The translations under genes were made by a program, and so were the position numbers. DNA of 64,000 nucleotides, from contig JAXLXP010000007.1 of assembly GCA_046327955.1 (NCBI GenBank), forward strand, positions 193,136 through 257,135. Reading direction: 5' to 3'. Positions within the stretch are counted from its first letter, which is position 1. Every line of letters starts with the position of its first letter. The notes under the pieces were generated by a model. The model made no database searches and had not been told where the DNA came from. It saw nothing but the letters and a program-made list of their open reading frames with translations. The stretch comes from Candidatus Binatia bacterium. Its GTDB lineage: Bacteria > Desulfobacterota > Binatia > DP-6. Positions 43,001 to 50,881 of this stretch are shown here, one piece after another.

Positions 43001-43204
43001 CCTGACGAGGGGACCCCAGTCCCCATCGTCCGTTCAACGTCCGAGCCGTCCGCCTATTGGCCGGTTTTCAGGTGTCGATCATTGGCCGGTTTTGGGTGTC
43101 GACCGAGGCTTAGTCAAGCGGCGCTACTTACCTTGGTGAGACACGGCACCGCTTGCTCGCTCTCTATTCTACCCCTCGACAGGCACAGCCTGGAAGGCGT
43201 GCTC

Positions 43205-43720
43205 TCAGATTGGCAGAGAACGGGGACGACGGACCGCGACCCGCGCTTCAGGCGCATCCTCTTCGACCCCGTCAACATCGATCGTCCGTGGCCCCTCCGC
43301 CGGACGACGTTGCCTGGGCCACTCGCCCGTGGCGGCGAAATGATCCAACTCCTCACCAGTCCAGCCATCGAACACGCGATCGGCCTCGGCCTCGTCGCGC
43401 CCATACGCACCCGTAAGCCGGTACGCCATGTCGAGGGCTTTCAGGCCGAGAGCCTTCTCTCGCGGGTCAGCCGATCGGTACAGAGCCAGGAAGTGCGCGT
43501 GTATCCTGTGCAGCTTCCGGTCACTGATGCCCTCCCGGTCGAGCAGCTCGGTCACCGTGGCCTGCACTGTAGGGGATCGGAGGGTCTCGACCGCGATGGC
43601 ATGAGCGGTGTCCGGATCGCGGGTGTCATAGGCGACCAGCGCCGCGGCCGTCCCGTTACCGGTGGCGATGTAGTGCTTGAGGAAGCGGCGTTGCTTCAGG
43701 GTGAGGGAGCCTCGTCCCAT
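43205..43720 (-). CDS. phage terminase small subunit (Terminase_2-like), orphan
   Basis: LTLKQRRFLKHYIATGNGTAAALVAYDTRDPDTAHAIAVETLRSPTVQATVTELL. No large-subunit gene is adjacent. Confidence 0.6.
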   Translation of the reverse strand: MGRGSLTLKQRRFLKHYIATGNGTAAALVAYDTRDPDTAHAIAVETLRSPTVQATVTELLDREGISDRKLHRIHAHFLALYRSADPREKALGLKALDMAYRLTGAYGRDEAEADRVFDGWTGEELDHFAATGEWPRQRRPAEGPRTIDVDGVEEDAPEARVAVRRPRSLPI

Positions 43721-43795
43721 AGGGCAAGCCTACCACACTAGCGGAGCCGCATCCTAGCGCAGGCAGAATGAGTCGAGCGGGTGTGGCCTCCGGCC

Positions 43796-44776
43796 CTACC
43801 AGAACGGCGTAGCCCGCACAGGACGGCCGAACTGATCCATGCCGACCCCGAGCCCATACGCATTCGGCTTCACGGGCCCGATGATCGCCTCGCCCTGCTC
43901 CGTCCGCCACGAGAACGGACGGCCCGTTGCATCGGCGTTGACGCCGGGCCCGTAGGCGTCGGCTCGACCCGGGCCGAGCAAGCCGGATGTGGCGGCGCCT
44001 AGGTCAATTGCGCGCGCTCGTGGAGGTGATGCTCCGGGAGCCAGCCCCACGAGCGGGACCCAGCCCTTCGTAGGTCGCACCGCGGCGAAGCGTCCCAAGT
44101 AGGTTCCTTCGGGGGATTCCTGCCTGAACGTCCCTTCAAGGATGTCGCCCTGACGCGCCCCCTCGATTTCGACTGCGCCGAGAGTGTGTCCCCCGGATTC
44201 CAGGATGCCGCGGAGGGAGAGCCTGCCGCCGCGGTCGTCCCCAAGCAGCGAAGCGCTGCCATCGAAGCCGAGCGTCTGATTCCGGAAGATGACGCGCGCG
44301 GTGAGCCCGGCAGCTTGGCGCCGGAACATCATCCGCAAGACGCCGAGCTGACCCTCGGTCGGCAGCTCGTACGCGCCGACCCACTCGCCGTCGGCAACCA
44401 TGGCACCTTCTGCCACGGGCAGTCCGGTCGGAGCACGCTCGTCTCTATCCGCAGCCGGCGATCCAGTCGCGTCGCCTATGGGCATAAAGTCCTGTGCCGC
44501 TTCTCCCCGACCGCGGCAATACTCAGCCGGTACCCAACCCCGCGCCCGCATGCATCGTTCCCAACGTGCCCTTAGGCCGGCCTCTTGGGCGATGCACGCG
44601 AGCGCCCCAACGCAGAAAGACGCGCCGTTGCTCTCGCGCTCACACGTCACATACTCCGTGAAGAAATCTCGCTCAGTGGCGCCAGCGCGCGACCAGTGGA
44701 CGGCGCGGCGGCAGCACCCGCCGGGCGAGAGGAGGACCACCGCTGCCACTAGGACTGGGACCCGGAAGGTGCGCAT
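43796..44776 (-). CDS. hypothetical lipoprotein (signal MRTFRVPVLVAAVVLLSPGGC), Cys-rich N-region, Gly-rich C-terminal repeats
   Basis: ORF with lipobox. Repeats GPGVNADATGRPF / GPVKPNAYGLGVGMDQFGRPV. Confidence 0.5.
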   Translation of the reverse strand: MRTFRVPVLVAAVVLLSPGGCCRRAVHWSRAGATERDFFTEYVTCERESNGASFCVGALACIAQEAGLRARWERCMRARGWVPAEYCRGRGEAAQDFMPIGDATGSPAADRDERAPTGLPVAEGAMVADGEWVGAYELPTEGQLGVLRMMFRRQAAGLTARVIFRNQTLGFDGSASLLGDDRGGRLSLRGILESGGHTLGAVEIEGARQGDILEGTFRQESPEGTYLGRFAAVRPTKGWVPLVGLAPGASPPRARAIDLGAATSGLLGPGRADAYGPGVNADATGRPFSWRTEQGEAIIGPVKPNAYGLGVGMDQFGRPVRATPFW

Positions 44777-44867
44777 GAGGGCGCCATCTACCCTGGCGAC
44801 TTCGCTGCGGCTAGAGCCGCACTCGCCGGCGGCAAGAGCTGGTACCGCCACCGCCAATGGCTGCACG

Positions 44868-45155
44868 TTACGCATGCCCGAGGTCACGGAAGGAAACTGC
44901 CCGGCGCTGCAGACAGTCGACGTTGAACGCCTCGCCGAAGAAGCGCGACGCTCCCGTGCAGGCGCGGAGTGTCCCCCGCTTGCACGTCACGCTCCCCACG
45001 GCGAGGGAAGGGGAGAGAACCTTGAGGTTGGCCGTGAGGCGCACGAAGCCGCCTTGGACGCTAGCGATGGTCCCCGCGTACCTGAGGCGTGTGGCGTCAG
45101 CCCGAGCGGGGCCAAGTACAAGGATAGCAAGCACGATGACGGCAAGCATCCTCAT
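44868..45155 (-). CDS. hypothetical small secreted protein (95 aa)
   Basis: Signal peptide MRMLAVIVLAILVLGPARADA. Confidence 0.4.
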   Translation of the reverse strand: MRMLAVIVLAILVLGPARADATRLRYAGTIASVQGGFVRLTANLKVLSPSLAVGSVTCKRGTLRACTGASRFFGEAFNVDCLQRRAVSFRDLGHA

Positions 45156-45574
45156 GGACGCCGTATAACATTCGTGGCAATGTGGGCGCTATAGGGGTGG
45201 GCGGTCCCGCCAAGGGCTCTGAGCTTTCACCAAACCCTCTCGGGGGCGCCGAACCTATCCCAGGGCGAGCGCCCTGGGAGGAGGGTTGTCAAGCCGCCCG
45301 GGGCCCCAATGCGCCACTGTTTGCGGAAGTGAGCTAGCGAGCGTGCTAGCTAGCATGAGGTGCCACCTCCGACGGGGTCGGGCCTCCGGGGCCGGGTGGA
45401 TAGGGGCGCTTCGGGTCCAGCCACACGAGAGACCGAGCCCGCGGAGCGATCGACCGCCCCCCCGGCTGGCGGCCGTAGCTTGCTGAAACGCCTGGCGATA
45501 GGAGCCAGTTGACGGGGTCGGTTCTGAGGGGCTAACGTGCCTATGAGAACAGAGGTTCTCGAAGGAGCATTGCA

Positions 45575-46546
45575 ATGGGCGACGCCCCGACAAGCCTGGT
45601 ACCGAATGCGGCCGGTGACCTGGTCCACCCCGAGACCCTTCCCCCGGACCGTAACCCGGCCCGAGTCTACCTGACCCGGCTCGGGCAGGGGTCCCGGCGA
45701 ACGATGGCGGCGGCCCTCGACACGGTGGCCGGGCTCGTCACGGGCGGGGCCTGTGACGCCGATAGCCTCGCCTGGGCCCGTCTCCGCTACCAGCACACTC
45801 AGGCGGTCCTGGCGGCGCTCCGGGGCCGCTACAAGCCCGCGACGGCGAACAAGCACCTGGCGGCCCTCCGCGGGGTCCTCAAGGAGTGCTGGCGGCTCGG
45901 GCTCATGGCGGCCGACGACTACCAGCGGGCGACCGACCTGCAGCGGGTGAAGGCGACGACGCTCCCCCGGGGCCGCGCCCTCATGCGGCGTGAGCTGCGC
46001 GCCCTCTTCCGCGTGTGCCGAGCGGACACCCGGCCGAGCGGCGCCCGCGATGCGGCGCTCCTGGCCGTCGTCTACGGCGCCGGGCTCCGCCGCAGCGAGG
46101 TGGTCGCCCTCGACATGGCCGACTACGCGCCCGAGACCGGCGCGCTGACGATCCGGGCGGCGAAGGGCCGCAAGGACCGCCTCACCTACGCGACGAACGG
46201 GAGCCGGATCGCCCTCGACGGCTGGCTACGGGTGCGCGGGACGGAGCCCGGGCCGCTCTTCTGGCCGGTCGACCAGGCGGGGCGGATGACCGCGCGGCGC
46301 CTGACGGCGCAGAGCGTGCTAGAGCTGCTCGCGCGCCGAGCCCGGCGGGCGCGGGTCGCCCGGTTCAGTCCGCATGATCTCCGGCGCACGTTCATCAGCG
46401 ACTTGCTCGACGCGGGGGCGGATATCACGACCGTGGCGGGGCTCGCAGGGCACGCGAGCGTCACGACCACGGCGCGCTATGACCGGCGGGGTGAGGAGAC
46501 GAAGCGGCGGACGGCGGAGCTGCTCGTGGTGCCGTTCGAGGGCTAG
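45575..46546 (+). CDS. tyrosine-type site-specific recombinase/integrase (XerC/D-like, 323 aa)
   Basis: ...AVVYGAGLRRSE...RFSPHDLRRTFISDLLDAGADITTVAGLAGHASVTTTARYDRR carries the R, HxxR and Y motifs. The 3' end lies 170 bp from attR. Confidence 0.8.
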   Translation: MGDAPTSLVPNAAGDLVHPETLPPDRNPARVYLTRLGQGSRRTMAAALDTVAGLVTGGACDADSLAWARLRYQHTQAVLAALRGRYKPATANKHLAALRGVLKECWRLGLMAADDYQRATDLQRVKATTLPRGRALMRRELRALFRVCRADTRPSGARDAALLAVVYGAGLRRSEVVALDMADYAPETGALTIRAAKGRKDRLTYATNGSRIALDGWLRVRGTEPGPLFWPVDQAGRMTARRLTAQSVLELLARRARRARVARFSPHDLRRTFISDLLDAGADITTVAGLAGHASVTTTARYDRRGEETKRRTAELLVVPFEG

Positions 46547-46715
46547 GTGGGGAGAGCCCCCTACTGCGTGCGACACCTAGCTAGCTTGCACAGCTCCGAT
46601 TCCGCACAACCACCGGACCTTCGTGATTGTCCCTCAGAGGGACAATTCATGCCCACAGACGCCCTCTGACGCCTACCGCCGCCCGCGATTTCGTTGACTC
46701 TTCGGGCGACCTGCC

Positions 46716-46742
46716 GGGTTCAAGTCCCCCTCCTCGCATTTC
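46716..46742. repeat. attR: second copy of the 27-bp tRNA-Leu 3'-end repeat
   Basis: GGGTTCAAGTCCCCCTCCTCGCATTTC, identical to 34942-34968. Confidence 0.8.
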
Positions 46743-46800
46743 CAATCCCGGGCAATCCGCCCGTCCGCGCGCTGCGCCGGAGACGCCGCCCGCGACCCGG

Positions 46801-47664
46801 CTACCGGCGCCCCGTGTCGTCCACGCCGTAGAGCCGCGCCATGAGCTGCGACACCAGGCCCCCGACGGGCAGCGCCACGCCCGACGTGCGCGCCAGCTCG
46901 AGCGCCCACGCGAGGTCCTTCTCGGCCACCTGCATGAAGCCGCGCAGCGCCGCCTGCATGGCCCCGCTGTGCCGCGTCTCGTCGGGTACCTTGTGCAGCG
47001 CGAGGTACGACAGCATGAGCGGCGTGAGCTGGCCGTTCGACTGACCGGCCTCCTCCAGCACTTCCTGCGGAAGCCCGACGGCCCTCGCCAGCGCGAACGA
47101 CTCGTAGGCCGCCGCCCACTGGATGTACGTGACGAGGTTGAGGCACAGCTTGAGCTTCGCACCGTCACCGAGCGCACCAGCGTGGATGATCTTCGCTGCG
47201 CTGGCCTCGAACACGGGGCGCGCCACCGCGAGCGCCGCGGCGTCGCCGCCGACCAGGAACGTGAGCTGGCGCTGCTCGGCGCGCGCAGCGCCACCGGTGA
47301 CGCACGCATCGAGCACGGCCACACCCGTGCCGGCGGCGGCCTCCCCCAGCGCGATCGCCGTCTCGGGAAGGATCGTGCTGTGGATGACCACGACGGCTCC
47401 GCGGCGTGCGCCCGCGAGCACGCCGTCCTCCCCGGACATGACCGCGCGGACGTGGCGGTCCTCGGGCACGCAGATGCCGATCACGTCGGCGTGCGCGGCC
47501 ACCTCGCGCGGAGAGGCCGCCGCGCGCGCACCGGCTGCGACGAGCGCCTCGACCGGCGGCCGGGCGACATCGTACACGCTGAGCGCGAATCCCGCCCGGA
47601 CCAGATTCACGGCCATCGGCCTGCCCTGGTTCCCGAGGCCGATGAATCCCGCGCGGACCGTCAC
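46801..47664 (-). CDS. NAD(P)-dependent oxidoreductase, 3-hydroxyisobutyrate dehydrogenase family
   Basis: AGFIGLGNQGRPMAVNL... Confidence 0.8.
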   Translation of the reverse strand: MTVRAGFIGLGNQGRPMAVNLVRAGFALSVYDVARPPVEALVAAGARAAASPREVAAHADVIGICVPEDRHVRAVMSGEDGVLAGARRGAVVVIHSTILPETAIALGEAAAGTGVAVLDACVTGGAARAEQRQLTFLVGGDAAALAVARPVFEASAAKIIHAGALGDGAKLKLCLNLVTYIQWAAAYESFALARAVGLPQEVLEEAGQSNGQLTPLMLSYLALHKVPDETRHSGAMQAALRGFMQVAEKDLAWALELARTSGVALPVGGLVSQLMARLYGVDDTGRR

Positions 47665-47739
47665 TTGCTGCGCCCCTCCGTCTGTGCGACGCGCATCCGA
47701 TCACGTCCCCTGGACCGCGCACACGTCGACGGGTGGGAG

Positions 47740-48498
47740 ATGAGCTATCCTGGGATCGAAGGCAAGGTCGCAGTCGTCACCGGCGCCGGCGGCGGCATCG
47801 GGCTCGGCTATGCCCGCGCGCTGGCTGCCGAGGGAGCGAAGGTGGTCGTCGCCGAGATCGACGCGGCCCGGGGCGAGGCGGCTGCCGCCGCGATCCGCGG
47901 CACCGGCGGGCACGCCACCTTCGTGGCGGTGGACGTGAGCCGCGAGGACTCCACCCGGGCCATGGCCGCACGGGCGCTCGAGACCTACGGCGGCATCGAC
48001 TTGCTGGTGAACAACGCCGCGATCTTCCGCGACATGCGGCAGGAGTCCCTGCTCACCGTCGACTGGACCTACTACCAGGCGTTCCTGAACGTGAACCTGA
48101 ACGGCGCGCTCCTGTGCGCGCGCGCGTGCGTGCCGAGCATGGGCGCGCGCGGCGGCGGGGCGATCGTGAACCAGTCCTCGACCGCAGCGTGGATGGGGGC
48201 CGGATACTACGGCCTGGCGAAGCTCGCACTGAACGGCCTCACGCACTGTTTGGCGCGCGAGCTCGGCCCGATGAAGATCCGCGTGAATGCGATCGCGCCC
48301 GGCCCCACCGACACGGAGGCCTTGGCAAAGCAGGTGCCCGCCGCGTACCGCAACCAGCTCGTGGCGCAGCTCCCGTTGGCGCGCCTGGGCACGCCCGAGG
48401 ACATGGCGCACGCCTGCCTGTTCCTGCTCTCCGACGCGGCGGCCTGGATCACGGGGCAGGTGCTCGCCGTGGACGGCGGGCAGATCGTTCGCGCGTAG
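47740..48498 (+). CDS. SDR-family oxidoreductase
   Basis: KVAVVTGAGGGIGLGYA...NNAAI...YGLAKLAL... Confidence 0.85.
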   Translation: MSYPGIEGKVAVVTGAGGGIGLGYARALAAEGAKVVVAEIDAARGEAAAAAIRGTGGHATFVAVDVSREDSTRAMAARALETYGGIDLLVNNAAIFRDMRQESLLTVDWTYYQAFLNVNLNGALLCARACVPSMGARGGGAIVNQSSTAAWMGAGYYGLAKLALNGLTHCLARELGPMKIRVNAIAPGPTDTEALAKQVPAAYRNQLVAQLPLARLGTPEDMAHACLFLLSDAAAWITGQVLAVDGGQIVRA

Positions 48499-48738
48499 GG
48501 GTTCTCGGCGCGAGGCGGGTCCGACGTCGCCGTGCGGCCGAAGGCGGGGCTCGAGGCCGTGGCGCTGTGGCAGCGCTGGGGCCTGCCCCTGACGCTCGAC
48601 GTGGTGGCGGTCACACGGGCAGCGACGGCAATCGCGGATGCGTTCGCGATCCCGGCGACCGAGGGCGGCATCGTGCCGTTCGCGCTCCTGCCCGCGCCGA
48701 CGCCCGCGTGCCGCTGGAGCGGGTCGCCGGGGACAGCG

Positions 48739-49167
48739 TCAGCCGGCGAGACGGCCGCGGCCGCGCCACAGGCGCACCATGGTCGCGGGTCCGAACGTCA
48801 GGCAGACGACGTTGATCCCGGTCTCGACCGCCATCTCGGCGTTCATGTCGGCGTACTTGGCGTGCTCCAGGTTGAAGAGCGTGTCCATGCAGCCAAGGAA
48901 CACCATCGCGCTGCCGGCGGCGATCCCGACCGGGACGGCGAGCGCGCGGCCGCGCCAGAGGAGCACGGCGGCGGCGACGTACGCCGTGGCCATGTAGCCA
49001 TCGGCGAGCGGGAAGGCGTTCTCGAAGCCGACGTAGACCGCGTCGTCCGCGGTCTGGACGGCGCCGGCGAAGACGTAGGCGAGCCAGTACGCGAGCGTGC
49101 CAGCCGCGGCGATCAGCATGAGCACGGCGTGGACACGGTCGGCGGGTGGCGCGTGACCGCGGCTCAT
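48739..49167 (-). CDS. hypothetical membrane protein (4 TM)
   Basis: Hydrophobic ORF. The internal ATG 49167 is chosen over the Arg-rich 5' extension. Confidence 0.45.
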   Translation of the reverse strand: MSRGHAPPADRVHAVLMLIAAAGTLAYWLAYVFAGAVQTADDAVYVGFENAFPLADGYMATAYVAAAVLLWRGRALAVPVGIAAGSAMVFLGCMDTLFNLEHAKYADMNAEMAVETGINVVCLTFGPATMVRLWRGRGRLAG

Positions 49168-49342
49168 GCGGGTTGGCGCCCCTCGACCGAACGGCGCCGA
49201 GGCAACCGATTGTCCGGCGGGCTCGGTTCCTTCATGCTCGATTCCTCGTATGACAAGAAGGCCCGCCGGAGAAGGGCAACCGTGGTGGCGGCGCTGACCG
49301 CGCTCGCCGGCCGTTGACGCGCGTGCTGGAGAGGCAGGACAC

Positions 49343-50746
49343 GTGACGCGGTGGGCGCTCCTGATCGGGGGCAAGGACACGGACAAGTCGGCGGCGGCCC
49401 TGCGTGTGGCCGGCGCGCTCACCGCGCGGGGCGTGACGGTCGCGGGCGTCGTCCAGCAGGCGATCGAGGAAGACGGCGAGCGCGTGGCCTATCGGCTCTG
49501 CCGGCTCGGGCGCGCGGACGCCGCGTTGGTCGCCCGCCGGGCCGTTGCGCCGCGTTCCGAGCACGAAGAGGCGTTCTGCTCGTTCGTCTTCGACACCACG
49601 GCGTTCACGGCCGCCAGGCGATGGCTCGCCGAGGACGCGGTAGGCGCGCGCGTCGTGCTCATCGACGACGTCAGCAAGCTCGAGGCGGCGGGCCGCGGGC
49701 ATCACGATGCCATTCGCGCAGCCCTCGACCGGGATGCCCTCCCCGTGCTCGTCGTGCGGGCAGATCAGCTCTTCGCGATCATGGAGCGCTTCGGGCTCGA
49801 CGAGCCGCTCGCGGTGCTCGATCTGGCCGGCGACGGCACCGTCGACGGATTCGCCGACGCGGTGGCCGCCGCGGCGCTGGCCGAGGACGGCTCGGGTAGG
49901 AACGACGCGCTCGCGCGCTGGCGCGCCATGCACGCGGCGGCCGAGGGGGCCCGCGTGCGCCAGCAGGATCCGGACGGGGACCGCTGGGCGGCGCGCGCGG
50001 CACGATTCGACCGGATGAGCCGCCGTGAAGGTGCAGCCGACGGCACGATGGACGTCCTCGATCGGCATCTGCGCGCAACCGACGTCATCGTGGACGTGGG
50101 GGCGGGAACCGGACGCCACACCGTGGCACTCGCCCGGCGCGCGGCGCGCGTCATCGCGGTCGAGCCCTCCGCGGCGATGCGGGGCCGACTCGAAGCCCGG
50201 CTGGCCGACGAGCGACTCGCGACCGTGACGATCGTGCCCGAGGCGTGGCCGCTCGCACACCCGATCGCCGGCGACGTCGTACTCTCGTCGCACGTGCTCT
50301 ACGGCGTCGAGAGCGTCGAGGCGTTCCTCCGTGCCATGACGGCGTCGGCGCGCCGGCTCTGCGCCGTGGTGCTCGGCATGCGACCGCCCGAGCACGCGTT
50401 CGCGGCTCTCTGGGAGAGGATCCACGGCACCGCGCGCCCGCCGCGTCCGGCCGCGCCAGAGGCGTTTGCGGTGCTCCGCCAGCTCGGGCTTCGCCCGCTG
50501 CTCGAGCAGATTCCCGGATCGGATCGCCCCCTGTCGTTCGCGCAGACCGATGAGGACCTCACCGAGATCTGTCACCGCCTGGGGCTCGCGCCGGCGCCGC
50601 ACGCGTTCGCGCGCGTGCGGGATGCGCTCGCGGCGCTCGCACCGACGGGGCCCGACGGCGCACACGTGCTCGGCCGCGTCGGCCCGAACGCCCTCGTGTG
50701 GTGGGCGACCGACGCGGACCCCACGTGCCACGACCCGAGCCTCTAG
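49343..50746 (+). CDS. fusion protein: N-terminal DUF2478/THEP1-like NTPase domain + C-terminal class I SAM-dependent methyltransferase
   Basis: MTRWALLIGGKDTDKSAAAL... P-loop-like region, ...VIVDVGAGTGRHTVALARRAARVIAVEPS. Confidence 0.6.
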   Translation: MTRWALLIGGKDTDKSAAALRVAGALTARGVTVAGVVQQAIEEDGERVAYRLCRLGRADAALVARRAVAPRSEHEEAFCSFVFDTTAFTAARRWLAEDAVGARVVLIDDVSKLEAAGRGHHDAIRAALDRDALPVLVVRADQLFAIMERFGLDEPLAVLDLAGDGTVDGFADAVAAAALAEDGSGRNDALARWRAMHAAAEGARVRQQDPDGDRWAARAARFDRMSRREGAADGTMDVLDRHLRATDVIVDVGAGTGRHTVALARRAARVIAVEPSAAMRGRLEARLADERLATVTIVPEAWPLAHPIAGDVVLSSHVLYGVESVEAFLRAMTASARRLCAVVLGMRPPEHAFAALWERIHGTARPPRPAAPEAFAVLRQLGLRPLLEQIPGSDRPLSFAQTDEDLTEICHRLGLAPAPHAFARVRDALAALAPTGPDGAHVLGRVGPNALVWWATDADPTCHDPSL

Positions 50747-50881
50747 CGCATCCCGCACGGCGCCTGCGCGGTCGGACCGCCACGCCCGTACCGCGCCGGT
50801 CGCGAATTTGGCGGTCCATCTCCCGTCGAATCGACCGGGGCATCGGTCGCCACTCGGCACAGGCGTTGCTGGTCCGCACGG

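Larger units (their letters stand above)
40556..43107. mobile_element. IS21-family insertion sequence (~2.55 kb) with terminal IR CCTCGGTCGACACC, multiple subterminal CATTGGCCGGTTTT repeats and 8-bp TSD GCTTAGTC
   Basis: TSD at 40548-40555 and 43108-43115. The IstA-binding-like repeat occurs twice at the left end and four times near the right end. istA-istB overlap is ATGA. Confidence 0.75.
34942..46742. mobile_element. ~11.8-kb integrative element / degraded prophage-like island inserted in tRNA-Leu(GAG)
   Basis: Bounded by 27-bp direct repeats. Integrase adjacent to the tRNA. Carries excisionase-like, DUF3631, terminase-small-subunit and IS elements, plus a second integrase next to attR. 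Confidence 0.75.

Noticed and set aside
45325-45355. Cluster of GCTAGC motifs (gagctagcgagcgtgctagctagcatg) upstream of the second integrase
   Set aside because: The repeats are not a true palindrome, and no paired site was found. It may be an operator, but the evidence is insufficient.
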